Below, one piece after another: positions 27,356-41,300 of a stretch of 64,000 bases of DNA. The stretch covers positions 4,712,001 through 4,776,000 of the forward strand of contig CM120646.1 in the NCBI GenBank assembly GCA_051362555.1. The letters run 5' to 3'. Source of the DNA: Lingula anatina. Its lineage: Eukaryota > Animalia > Brachiopoda. The position numbers and the translations under genes were made by a program. The stretch's first letter is position 1. Each line of letters begins with the position of its first letter. A model generated the notes under the pieces. It was not told where the DNA came from. It made no database searches and saw nothing but the letters and a program-made list of their open reading frames with translations.

Positions 27356-28799
27356 GAGTGAGCTGATATTTAGCTAAGGGTTTCTATTCAGGCTAGAGGC
27401 GTATCAGTAAATAAAAACCCTCACTCAGTGACTAATTAATGCAGCTGGGTCGGCACTTCGTACCTAATACATGTCATGGACATAATGAGACCTTCTCTCA
27501 TTATGTCCATGTACATGTTTACTTTTTATACCTATCTGATTACAAATAACAAAGAACCGTGAAATGATTTTGTGGTAGAGTAGTGTGTGTGTGATACATG
27601 TAATATAAGGGTTGAGAGGAAAAATACCCTGTTCCGCTAACATCCATCTTGGGGGTTTAAATTGCACTGTTTTTACATTAAATTATCATTTTGATCAGGA
27701 TGTTTTTCTTTCTCCCTCTCTCACTCACACACACACACTCACTGACACAACAACAAGTATACACACACACACACACACACACACATACTTGTCTATGTGT
27801 ACCAACCGAGGACATCAGCACAACACCATACAACCGAGGACATCTTATTCCTTGGTTAAATCAAAATAAAAACATTCAATTTAGGGTAAAATCTATTCGA
27901 GTATGAATGTTATAAATTAATTTTTTATAAAAACTAATTTTTTGCTGACAAGAATTTTACATTCTAACCGAGGACACACACGGACACACACACGGACAGA
28001 CACTACACATTACAACCGAGGACATGCATGCATCTACATGTAATAATGATTGTACTTTTAATGCAAAGCAAATTTTATATAGCGTTACTTTGCAGCAATT
28101 CACATTTTTATGAAATTCTTTCATATTTAAGGTAAATTCCAAAATAACACCAGAGGTGATGATTAAATGAACAGTTATACAATATTTAATGCTGGGCTTT
28201 GCCACTTTTTTAGAATTGAAGATTATGAGATAAAACATCAATTAATTTAGGAAAAGAAAGGATACTGATAAAATAAAATAAAAGACCAAAGAAATTCGTT
28301 TTCAAACATTTTATTTTCATAATGCTTATTTTCTATTTAGCACTCTTTTATTATCATGAATTTTATATTTTGATAACACAAAGTGTCGTCCATTGGATAC
28401 AGACTTGCACAGTACACAATTTTACAATTGAGGACATCATGCCAGCAGCACCCAAAATTGTGCTTTCTTCCAATTTGATGCAATATTATATAATGCTTAA
28501 CAGCATAATGATCATCAATTTTTTATAATAAAATATTAGTATTATGAATATTCAAAAATTTTACTAGCAAAGGTTTTCAGGTTCATGGAACTCCAAAGTC
28601 ATACTTTGAAAATGCTAAATGTATACAAGAGAGCACTGTACTGAAATGGGTTTCTTTCCATTTTTAACTTTTTTACATAAAATAATACAGTTTACTGCCA
28701 TTTCACATGATCAACTAAGAAAATTGTTGAGATGGCAAAAATATCAATATAACAAGTTTAAATGTCCAATTTTCTCCATTCCGAACATTGTGAATGATT

Positions 28800-31520
28800 G
28801 AATCTGACAAACTACAATGATACGAGTTCATTTCCATTTTGGCACTTTTTTTACACAATACAAGATAACAGGTTTACCACCATTTTTATATAATCAACTA
28901 GCAATATTGTCAAGACGCAGAAATTGTCAAACAACCCATTTTACATATCTAGTAAATTCAATAATGAGACTGTTTACATGCCTGACAATCAAATCTGAGG
29001 AAAACCACTTATATACAAATAAAAGCTGAAGTCCCTCAAAACTCAACCAATCAATCTTATTTTTAAATTTGATTTGTATATAGATAACATTGATCACTCT
29101 TGTGAGTTTAATGACAACAGGCCTATCGGTTCTCCCTGAAATGTGCTTACAGTGTTACTAATATGCTTTTACTAATAATCATCAGTTCTGTGAGTTTCAA
29201 GAAAACAGGCTTTAAGTTATTAGTTCTCCCTGAAATGTGCTTACAGTGTTACATATATGCTGAAAAAAAAAACAGCATAAAATTTGAAAGAAAAGGGCCT
29301 GGTCTTGCTGATTTTCAATCTTGACCATTCTTTTACTAATAATCATCAGTTCTGTGAGTTTCATGAAAACAGGCTTATTGGTTCTCCTTGAAATATGTTA
29401 ACAGTGTTGCATGTACACTGAAAAAAGGAGAAAAAAATGCAAAACTTTTGAAAATAATCACCCCATTTCCTCCATTTTGAGACACTGTATTACACAGTAC
29501 ATGATAACATGTTTACCGTCATATTTATATAATCAACTAGCAATGTTGTAAAGATGCAGACAATTTCAGAGAAACACTAACATATTTACATATCTAGTTA
29601 ATTCAATAATGAGACTGTTTACATGCCTGACAATCAAATCTGAGGAAAACCACTTATGTACAAATAAAAGCTGAAGTCCCTCAAAACTCAACCAATCAAT
29701 CTTATTTTTAAATTTGATTTGTATATAGATAACATTGATCACTCTTGTGAGTTTAATGACAACAGGCCTATCGGTTCTCCCTGAAATGTGCTTACAGTGT
29801 TACTAATATGCTTTTACTAATAATCATCAGTTCTGTGAGTTTCATGAAAACAGGCTTTAAGTTATTGGTTCTCCCTGAAATGTGCTTACAGTGTTACATA
29901 TATGCTGAAAAAAAAAAAAAAAAAAAACAGCATAAAATTTGAAAGAAAAGGGCCTGGTCATGCTGATTTTCAATCTTGACCATTCTTTTACTAATAATCA
30001 TCAGTTCTGTGAGTTTCATGAAAACAGGCTTATTGGTTCTCCTTCAAATGTGCTTACAGTGTTACATATATGCTGAAAAAAAACCAGCATAACATTTGAA
30101 AGAAAAGGGCCTGGTCATGCTGATTTTCAATCTTGATCATTCTTTTTAATTTACTAATAATCATCAGTTCTCTGAGTTTCATGAAAACAGGCCTATTGGT
30201 TCTCCTTGAAGTGTGTTTACAGTGTTGCATGTACACTGAAAAAAGGAGAAAAAAAATGCAAAACTTTTGAAAATAATCACCCCATTTCCTCCATTTTGAG
30301 ACACTGTATTACACAGTACATGATAACATGTTTACCATCATATCTATATAATCAACTAGCAATGTTGTAAAGATGCAGAAAATTTCAGACAAACACTAAC
30401 ATATTTACATATCTAGTTAGTTCAATAACGAAACTGTCAACATGCCTGACAATCAAATCTGAGGAAAACCACTTATATACAAATAAAAGCTGAAGTCCCT
30501 CAAAATTCAACCAATCAATCTTATTTTTAAACTTGATTTGTATATAGATAACATTGATTACTCCTGTGAGTTCATGAAAACAGGCTTATTGGTTCTCCCT
30601 GAAATGTGCTTACAGTGTTACTTATATGCTGAAAAAAAAAACAGCATAACATTTGAAAGAAAAGGGCCTGGTCATGCTGATTTTCAATCTTGACCATTCT
30701 TTTACTTATAATCATCAGTTCTGTGAGTTTTATGAAAAGAGGCCTATTGGTTCTCCTTGAAATGTGTTTACAGTGTTGCATGTACAATGAAAAAAGGAGA
30801 AAAAATGCAAAACTTTTGAAAATAATCACCCAATTGCCTCCATTTTGAGACACTGTATTACACAGTACATGATAACATGTTTACCGTCATATTTATATAA
30901 TCAACTAGCAATGTTGTAAAGATGCAGAAAATTTCAGACAAACACTAACATATTTACATATCTAGTTAGTTCAATAACGAAACTGTCAACATGCCTGACA
31001 ATCAAATCTGAGGAAAACCACTTATATATATCAAAACAAGGCACAACTTCCACAAAACTCAACCAATCAATCCTATTTTCAAACTTGATTTGTATATTGG
31101 TAACATTGATCACTCCTGTGATTTTAATGACAACAGGCCTATCGGTTCTCAATGAAATGTGCTTACAGTGTTACTTATATGCTGAAAATGGCAGAAAAAA
31201 AAACAGCATAACTTTTGACAAAAAATGGCCCGGATATGCCGATTTTTGATCTTGACAACCCTTTTACTAATAATCATCAGTTCTGTGAGTTTCATGACAA
31301 TAGACCTATTGCTTCTCCTTGAACTGTGTTTACAGTGTTGCATGTATGCTGAAAAAAGCAAAAACAACAGCAAATTTTCTGAAAAAAAAAGCAGCCCATT
31401 ATGAAGATTTTCAAACTTGACCTGCGTTTAACTAATATTCATCAGTTCTGTGAGTTTCATGAAAATAGACCTATCGGTTCTCTTTAAAATGTTGCATCGC
31501 ATATAATATTATGCTGAGAA
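28800..31520. repeat. Higher-order tandem repeat array (units ~550-820 bp built from ~125-bp subrepeats)
   Basis: Anchor taatcaactagcaat at 28891, 29530, 30349 and 30898; the subrepeat ttctgtgagtttcatgaaaacagg...ggttctccctgaaatgtgcttacagtgtt recurs many times. Confidence 0.9.
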
Positions 31521-32006
31521 AAGGGAAAAACAGCAACTTTGTAAAATTGGCCAGATCACACTGATTACGTTGATTGCAATTTATATAGCATTCCTTCTGG
31601 GAAAGATCGATCCATAGTTAGTACGATAGGATCTGGGAACGGTCCCTTAATCGTTTTTGCCGTGTGCATATCCGAACTGTAGGCCTATATATCAGGACGC
31701 GTACTTGTCGGGGCGTCTTTTTTTTTCTTTTTTATTTCACAAAGCGGTTCTTGCAAATGCGGTGTTTATGAATATGTGTGCTCTGTGTTAGCGACATGGA
31801 CCGACAGGGGCCCATTCAAAATATAATTTCACTTCAGTTGTTAGATTTAGTATTTATTCTAGCAGCCAGGTGTATAACAAACAGGTCAGATCTACAGGTG
31901 AAAAGAAGTGACTGTAGTTCGCAGAGCCATTATGTAATAATAAATGTTTCATAATGTCATAGCCTTCTTCAAACTGTCAGGGGTAGATTAATTCATAGTT
32001 AGCTAA

Positions 32007-32218
32007 GGGGCCCTTTACACTGGACGGCGTCCTTTCTGCGTCCTGTAGTACGGATCCATTTGAGAGTACAAAATTATAATACTTAACTTTCTGACAACTG
32101 GCCAATCACCAAATATTCATTTTTTTCAACCAAAGCAATGCTTGTACCTCCTTTCTACGACCACAGTGATGCCAGTTTCTTGGTCGCACAAAGGACGCCG
32201 CCCCAGTGTAAAGGGGGT
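32007..32218. mobile_element. PIF/Harbinger-type MITE
   Basis: TIR ccctttacactggacggcgtccttt / aaaggacgccgccccagtgtaaaggg, flanked by TAA/TTA. Confidence 0.7.
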
Positions 32219-32249
32219 TTACGGACGATCCATTTACCCTTTTCATTTA

Positions 32250-33278
32250 CTCTGAAGTATTGAATAAAAGAACTGATGGAATAAAAGTACTGGGTGGAAA
32301 AAATCTCAAAATTTAATAAAAGTACTGATTGAATAAAAGTACTGGGTGGAAAAAATCTCGAAATTTAATAAAAGTACTGGATGGAATAAAAGTACTGGGT
32401 GGAAAAAACCTTTGCACCACTCCCCCCCCCCCCAAAAAAAAAAAAAAATGAAATAAATAAATAAAAGTAAAGAAGAAGAAGAGAAAGAAAAAAGCTAGCT
32501 ATTGATCATTGTAAAAAAAAAAAAAAAAAAAAAATCACCAGGTAAAATTCACTCAGTATTGTAATTTATCTTAATATATATATATATATATTTGCCAGGA
32601 GTTAAATTTCATAATCGTCAGGGGCCGAAGACCCAGATATGTCGCACCTAAGCCGCCTCCGAGAGCCATACGGAGACGTTATTCATAGTAAATTTATTCT
32701 CAGATATAAGGTTCGTTTTGCATACCTGTAAACTCCTAAGGGTTTATCTTACATAGAAATGTGATTTAACATCGTTTAAATCATAAATCGGCATGAAATA
32801 ATTGACGTTTGAAAACAGGCACAACTTCTTTGCTGCACTTGAAATGACCTCCTTAGCTATAAATATGATCCTATCACCTTGCGACATTGCATCATTCGAT
32901 CGATGTACATGAGTAGTTGTCACTGCTGAAGGGAAAGCACGTCTATTTATAGGAACTGAAATCAGGTGACGCATGTACTGTTGTGTTCAGAGAGCGACTT
33001 CCGCTTGACCTACTTTCCAGTGCTGTTGGTAGAACAGTCGGTAATGAGTTGAGATCTCAATTTTCTTCTCATTATACCTTGTACTTCAATTTAAGAAAAT
33101 AAAAAGCGTGACTTGTACTTGTGTAATTTCCCACCGGTACAATATGTATTTAATAAACATACCGGGTGGAAGATTTTTGAAAAATTAATAAGCGTACTGG
33201 GTGAAAATGGAGCGTACCGGCGGGAAGAAATTTGGAAAAATTAATTAACGTACCGGTACGTTTATTTGATACTCAGAG
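32250..33278. mobile_element. Tc1/mariner (pogo/Tigger-like) non-autonomous element
   Basis: TA-CTCTGAAGTATTGAATAAA...TTTATTTGATACTCAGAG-TA with internal aataaaagtactgggtggaaaa repeats. Confidence 0.7.
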
Positions 33279-35347
33279 TAATTCTTGCACCCTCAAAAGA
33301 TTGTCGGTCCGAAGATCTACCGAGTGAGCCACAAATTCAGACAGTTCTTCTTTATTTAAACCACTCCAAGTCAGTTGTACTAATAAAGAAGCGTGCCGTA
33401 ATATGTACAGTGCGATGATAGTTAGGCCTATGTAGTTACGTAACGGCCTAGGAGAGCTTAATTTGATAAAAAAGACCTTTAGTTTAAAAATATGAACTTA
33501 CTGAATATATAGACATCTGAGATATAACATTAGTTTCAGTTTAGTCTGCCCTTTACAGCACAACCGAGGACGCGGAATTTGGTCCGCCCTTAACAGCACA
33601 ACCGAGGACGCGTGTGTATAGCCCGATTTCAGACAAAAAGTTGGACAGTATTTCTGATACACTCGTGGCGGGAATTTGGCCCGCGCTATACAGCATAACC
33701 GAGGACTGGCTCAGAATAGCGTCAAATTTCACCACCTAACTTGAAATGGGCCCCTTTATGCATTCCACTGCTTATGTCAACCGAGGACGTCCTCGGTTGG
33801 AGGTGTGTCCTCGGTTAGTGGGTTTCGGGCGGGTGTGTGTCCTCGGTTAGAATGCGTGCACAAGAGCACACACACACACACACACGGGCTTTTACAAGAC
33901 ATACTAAAAACAAGATGGTTGTTAAATTGTTCTATACTGACAGGAAATTATTTTCGTGCTATGTACAAAGTGCTACTGGGATCAGGATATCCCGGTATAC
34001 ACCCAAAATATCCATTTCACCCCATGTCACAGATGGAGAATTTAACAGCAGGTTTCCAATTCCTCCCATCCATGGTGGAGGCATCGACACCACGATGCAC
34101 TCTGCCTCCTATTGATAACCTAAAATCTTATGAATTGAGAGTGTTGAATGCAATTCATCACGTACTTTTCCAGCCATTTGTCTTCAAGTAGCCACTTGTT
34201 ATCAGTGTGGAGACAGTGTATGGACTCTGTTTTGAGATAAGTGTGTGTCATTACATAAATTGCGACGGGATTAGTGCAGTGTGCTGCCGGGAGGTTGTGG
34301 TCTTCAGTGCTGTGTTTGTTGCCTTTTTTCATGCGCTTGTTGACTTTGTTTGACAGTAGGGAAACATGAATCCTGCAGTTATATATATGATGGTAAGTAG
34401 ATATTAGAGATGTTGTGACGACGTTTTAGCGGTTATTATATCGTATACGGATTATGATTCAGTTTGCCGTATACTGTAAGAAATTGTATAGATGAGCCAA
34501 GAGAGGTATTTTCGGGGAATGGACGCCCTGTGTCCCATCCCATGCGGTAATTACACTCGGGGAGTGTCGGTTAGAATGCATGTCTAATACAAGGTACAAA
34601 CATCAAGTATACCTTTAGTTAACCTTGTTACGTGAAGCTGGCTACGAGTTCCAGCGCAATGCTTTTCTTTTTACATATATTCAAAAATATATGACATCAA
34701 TTCCGATCAGCGAACTACACATTTTCTATAACATATTTTCTGTAACTGCATGCCCATGCATTTACCCCAAAAGCAAAGGGCACTGCGGACACATGTCACT
34801 CTCTTAACCTAGTAAGGCACACTTGACCAATGCTTTTCTATAAAATGCCTGGCAATGGTTGTTCATGTAGGGTTACTGTGTTATTCGAGTGTATATGTAG
34901 GTTTGAATCTTCGGACCTACCATAGTAACATGGAAGTTCAATTTAGATGAAATATGTCTAACCCTTATTTGTTCCACTTATATAGTATATCTGAATTAAA
35001 TAGGCTGATAGTGTTTTACAGTTACTAGTTAATTTCTATACTAAACGATACACGCAGAGATAAACAGACCCAACATTTAGAAATATTTCATTGTAGGCCT
35101 AAATATAAGTGTCACAGTCACCCAGGACCTTGCTTATTTTCCGCTCATCAAAAACACGCTTATGATTATATCCTGATCTTCCTCTCGGAATGCTATATAT
35201 ATTTTTTGCAAATATTCACCCATTTAGTGGTTTTTATTTGTTTGCTTTTTATATCTAGTTCGATGTGTTCACCTACAAGTACGCTTGAGATGATAAAGAT
35301 TATGCTCTTTCTCTCTCTCTCTATCTCTATCTCTCTATCTATCTCTA

Positions 35348-35394
<47 letters not shown>

Positions 35395-38300
35395 ATGTGA
35401 GTGTAAAGCCTACCGTACTTGGATTAAGAATGTGTACATTTACCCCGTGGACCATTTGAAGATTACACTGCGATTAATGCGGTGGAAAATACAATAGAGG
35501 GAGTGTATAATGATAGGGTCGCTAAACGATTGTTGACGGCATATAGTAACTAGCCTAATCCCCTGGTCGCCTGGGTAGCCACGCCTCTTAGAGTACTTAT
35601 GTAAACAAACGGTCTCCCGTAGGGAACTATCCTTTTGTTCAACAGCTTCGCGCGTGCAACTGATTATGTATGTAGTGACACTATAGCTAACTGCATATAC
35701 ATTTGTGCTAGCTGTTATTTGATTCATTCTGCTGTGTCGGATGTTGTGGATCAGCCCACTGGTTCGTCGACTTATGTTTTTCTGAAGTTTGGTGGTGCAG
35801 ATTTTGAGTGCTTAATTATTTAACCTCCTTCTAACAAGAGAAAGGGGAAGGGAGATAAAAAGAGAGAGTGTCAAATGAAACGGGTAATGAGTAATACATT
35901 ACATTAAATAAAGGGACTCGCGGTGGAAGAAACGATAGACTGTTTTGCATCAAGGTATGCCATTATGATCCGACATGGCCCATAACATGATCCATAACAT
36001 GACTCATTGTTGTATGCCTTATATTTGTGCCGACTTATATTTTACTCTCGTTCATTTCGTGAAACTATTTCCTTGAATAAAGTTTTGCCTGTATAAATTA
36101 ACTTTGTGACATGAAGTAATTAATAAAACGCGCCTGTTGAAAAGGGGGCTTTTCGTAACTAATAAAGGTTCACTATTCAGAAAAATATCGTCGCCGTTCG
36201 TCGCCGCTACCTTCAGGAAAGCGTACCCTCCGCGTGGATCACCGGCATTTTTGATTATCTGACAAATTAGCGCAATTTACGTTTTAGCTAATAATTCTGA
36301 ATTTACTAATATTTTGGACTAAATTCGATGTCAGATTCATAGCAATGACGGAGAGCCGCCAGAGTAACTGTTTAATTTTCTAAACTAATCAAACTAGAAC
36401 GCGTGGCGATAAAATGTGTCGCTAGATCTTGTAAACACTCAGTGAAATGCACCTAGTGACTATATTCAATGTGCCGTCACTTAATTGCTTTCTCGATTTC
36501 ATTAATTGACGATAGTAATTGCAGATAACAAGGAAGAGGAAATGCTGAAGACAAAACAACGTCGGGTCTTTGTGTGACTTTCTCCCTAAACACTTTTTAT
36601 ATTGCTGTCAAAGAAAAAGGAGTCTAGATAGCGATTATTTAAACCACTGCTGCTGCTTTTGCAGGTAGACTTCCTCGTTTATCATTTAAATGCTCCCCTC
36701 CCCCAGCAGACCCAACTTGATGCATGTACGTCTTGGTAGCTATAGTACAGATCTTGGTTCAAGTAATGAAAGGTTTAAGCACAAAACGATAATTTGAGGC
36801 TATTTTTTCATTCAAGACAAAATAAAGTATCTATGGTGTGTGACAATAGGGACTTTACAAAGCTTAATTTGTCCTTAAAGGACAATTAATGTTCATGTAA
36901 AAATCCATTTCTCGAATTTTGAAGATACAGCACTCAATCTATACACTAGAGGTATGTTTTAATCGATCCCCGCCATTTAAAAATTATAAAAACAATCTAT
37001 TAGTAGAAAAAAAGCGTTTTAGTAAACCTCACCTCAATATGCAAAAATGAAGCAACAGATCTGGGTCACGTGGTACTGTGACGACAATCACGATAAAGGT
37101 CTATGAGACTCAACTGAGCTGCATACAGACGTGGTGCATACAGACGGAGAAGTTAAGGAAAGTTGTGTTGAACGGAGTTGAGGAATTTTCGTTATGCCTC
37201 GGTGTGTTGCCGTGGGATTCACCAAAATTGCAGCTCTCGTTGACAATCTTTCTTTGTCTGTGACGGTCTTCCGTGACTTACTTACTACCTTCGGTGACAA
37301 TAGTTGCAATGCTCTAGATCATGGTCACCTCAGGTGGTTTAGATCATATCAAGAGCTGGTAGTCTTTCAGATTAACTGTCATCAGTTGGCAAACTTACTG
37401 ATTGCTGATGCATTTTAAATGCATTGTAGTTGACCAAAAGCTCGTTTACAACTAACCTGTTAATTATGCACCGCTGCAATTCCCAAGCCAGGTAATAACA
37501 GGTATGAAACTCGTCTTGGTGGGCTTTCATATTTTTCAATATATCTCATTTATTTCATGGGGTTATTTTATTGGTATTTGTAAATGACGTTAAATATCAA
37601 TACTTAAACAATTAAGTTCAAACACGGTCGCGAACATTAATAAAAGAAATTGCTCTCAGGGAATCTTGAAGCTTCCGTGGAAGAAAACGTGTTGAGGAAC
37701 AGTTTTTCGGGGAGCGCGGGTAGACAGTTTACGTCAGGTGATTCGTTAAAGCTTGGACCTATTTAGGTCCAAGGTTAAAGTCGAGGAGTGTTTCACTATC
37801 AAATGTGTAAATCATATATGTCATAAAACACTATAAGAAAGTTTTTTGTTACGATCTGCAACATTTGTTCATTTATATAGCAGGGCGAAGTTAAAGCCAG
37901 AGGTAAATAGAACCTAATACCGTAATCCTCCTCGTCCATTTATTTCAATCGTATCAAAACGTTTCATACACAATGTTCATTAAATTCATAATTTTGGCGA
38001 TTTATTAAAACCATATTGGTACATAAAAGTTTAAGATTAGCATAAGTTAAGCAACAACCAGTATGAAGAACAACACCCTTTTTAAATGAGGCAAGACACC
38101 CTCTTCACACTGATTATAACCTTGAGAAAGACATTATGAAACTTAAGGCAAAGGAGTTATGCAAAGTTTTTTCAACTCGTGTGTGAATACAACACTTTCT
38201 TTGTCACTTTTACAAGACAATGGAGGCGAGCAAGTAGAGTAATTACAATATACAATAAAAAGGACATTAGTATAGAAAGCTTACTTCGGGTCAGCCCTTT

Positions 38301-41300
38301 GCTTGTTTGAATGAAAGAGATAGATATCGCGCCGCGACTCCCTTTATTAAACCTTCGTGTGATTGTGTAAAAGTGTGAAAGACAGACAACGGCCTTTAGT
38401 CGCTGTTGATATTGTTCGCGATTAATATTGAAGTATAACCCCTTCGCCTGCATGTAAACGTGTTACTTTTCCTCATGTTCACTATATTTCTTTTAGGTGG
38501 TTAAGACAATGGGATGAGATCGATAAAAGTAAAGGTTAATCTAAACAATATTAGATGCGATTTTTGTGAAATGACTTATTAAGTGATGTGCATGTACCAA
38601 GCATGTTTAAATTCTTGAATTTCTAATTTGTTAAATCTTTCATACACGGCCTCATATATGTATTACTCTCAGGCCTTCGATATTATTGTGTTACACGGGA
38701 CTCCTGGAAACCTGAAGCACAGGTCTACGGAGTCTTGTTATCCTTCATGCAGTTTTATGGCTGGGATGAACACTGCGAAGTAGAAACAGGCTTTACTTAG
38801 CTTTACTTGATGCACGACAGTTTAAACAAAACCAGGCTGCAAGGCTTGCTTTGATTTGGCGTTAACCTTACACTGGGTTTAAAAGAACAAATATAAATAT
38901 GTTCGATGGATTAAATGCCGGCTTCGTTATATTTTAACTAAATGCGTTCATTTGCACAGTTACACAGATAATATTTTTAAGTTGTCTGTCGTTCAGCACG
39001 CATTATAGGCGAGTAGCTAAATAGTGGCGGTGATCAATCCAAGCTCAATCTTGGCAAGTATCGTTTACAAAATAGATCATGTTGAATAAACTTAATTACG
39101 CTTTAATAAATAATCAACACACGGTTCGGTTATTGTCACTTGAAAGCTTTCGATCAAAGACGTTCAATGAAATCACAAATCATTTGACGATTAAAAAATG
39201 GACATGTTCAAGGGGCAGTTTTTGTTTCAGCTAAAATGACTTCAGGTACAGGTAGAGGGTTCAGTTACGTGTTTCATCGGATGATAGCATCACGCCCTAG
39301 GTCTAAGCGAGTTGAATAGAAGCTTTTTATCCAAACATCCTATTCCTAACTACTGAGTTAGGACAAAGGTCTAGTAACATGCACTGTGCAATTACTATTA
39401 AAGGATCAGATGCATACTTGATTGTTTTTCCTCTGGTGTCGCACGTATGCTTCCTTTCTTGAGTGATCTAAAACAAGTCGCTAGTGTACCATGTTTCTCA
39501 CTGTAGCAAAATATGTTCGACATAGTGTTTCTGAACGGCAGCCGGAGACACAGTAATTGTATAGGCATGCTTTAAGCTTGTTCGAGAGATAATAACAGTC
39601 GGGTTTAACAATAGATAGCGAGCTATAGTTAGACCCCCTCCTCTTTAACTGATGATTTACACTTTTAATTGACCGTACTTTCGTATATTGTATGATCATA
39701 CAGCCAGACTTCCCCCTGTTGCACGTTGTAGTTGGATTGTCATTGCGCCTATGTCAATGCACCTCATTTAATTTCAATATTATAATATAAGCATAATATA
39801 AGTAATATGTTATTTCCTTATTCCTCTTTCATTATCATTCATGTTTTATAAATACTTGAACGCTTGAATGCAGATATTTCAAATTAAAACGTAAGTACAT
39901 AAATGAATTATACATTTATAAATTAATGCAATAGGAATTTTTTGAGACAGATTGATGCTGACGCTCATGCATTTCAACCAAACAAACAATAATAAGTTCA
40001 ATTTTTGACTGCGGAAATTTCATATAGGATGAAATAACTGATAACAAATTTAACAAGCAGTTTGTTAGCAACACTAAAAACCAGCTGCGCGTGCCAAACT
40101 AGTGAACAAAAGGACAGTTCGCTTCGCGTGGCACGCCTTAGCATGGGTTTAGCCTCTTCAAGCTATAATCCTATCGCCGCAACAAACAATAGGGACCTTC
40201 TGGCTGATGTATCCTGCTGTTGATTACACCTAGTTACAGCGGATTGTCACGCTCGCGCTGGGCCACAGAAACCGGCGTCATGGGGTTCACTCGTATTAAG
40301 TATTGTGTTATTCCACCTAAGCTATTGTGTTTGTGCGTTCGAATTTTGAAGGGATTTATACGGCCCTCCATTGTTTGTCCGCCCCCTTCTATTCACAAGA
40401 TAGGGATTAAAACATTTCGAACGATGTTACACCGGTGTACAACGGAAACAAAATTATTCCGACCACTGTACGTGAAAATATACAAGATTAAACTTTAAAA
40501 ACTGTGGATAGATTTACTAACGCACTGAGAAGTGTATATACAACTGGAGTCATGCTCACACTGACAACTTGGAAGTAAGCAGGCAAATAACTATCATCTA
40601 AGGGGTGTTTAATTGTTAAGGTTTCAGTTTAGCAATATGTCCCTCTACCAGTATTGTATTTCTTTGTTTTTATTCTTTCCATTATCTTCCTGGGGATTAA
40701 GAGTGCAAATTAACCTAGGGCTAATCATCACAGCTTACAATTATATGTATGCAAATAACTTCAAAACAAGTTAGTTGTTTGGTGCAGATAATTCAATTTT
40801 CAGTTTTATATTATACTGAATATTAATGAATCTGATGCAGTGATTTCAAGATAAGTATATAGTTTTATCAGGCAACGTATCATATTGAAAAAAGATATGC
40901 CTTTTTTGTGTTGTGATTCAAAAATCTTTTCTTATTAGACGAATCAGAAAATCAATTCAGATGTTGTGTTTGTTCAGTTATAATTAAACTTAATGACAGC
41001 ATTGGAAAAATTAAGCACTGATAAATATAAGTGTATAAATACAGAAATGTGTCAAACAATTTCCGTTGGCGGGGATGTGAGCTTCTCTCACATCTTATGG
41101 CCTTTTTATTTTTATTTGTGCCAACTTTTTGCTCCTTAAGCTGTTGTTATTACTTATAATTTTCTTCATTAATTTGGTTACACTTATTACACACTTTATT
41201 AATTTTATATTATGGCACTTATATAGTTGGGGAGATGTTATATTATCTCCCCAGTTTTGTAACTACGTATTTTATTAGCTTCGTCATTAATAAATGACAA

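Larger units (their letters stand above)
27786..33866. mobile_element. Unclassified ~6-kb element inserted in a (CA)n tract, with reiterated AACCGAGGAC subterminal motifs
   Basis: Motif at 27804, 27832, 27966, 28014, 33562, 33600, 33697 and 33779, and inverted at ~33789, 33807 and 33839. A 22-bp inverted match cattctaaccgaggacacacac links 27960 and ~33833-33854. (CA)n lies immediately on both sides. Confidence 0.6.

Noticed and set aside
28800-31520. CRISPR-like array or repeated ORFs (30054-31373)
   Set aside because: Eukaryotic context, no unique spacers and no cas genes; the ORFs are by-products of a tandem repeat.
35110-35170. Short similarity to 45210-45270 (cccaggaccttgctta)
   Set aside because: Too short to define a duplication or an element by eye.
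37088-37418. ORFs on both strands in a GC-richer patch
   Set aside because: No motif and no consistent splice structure.
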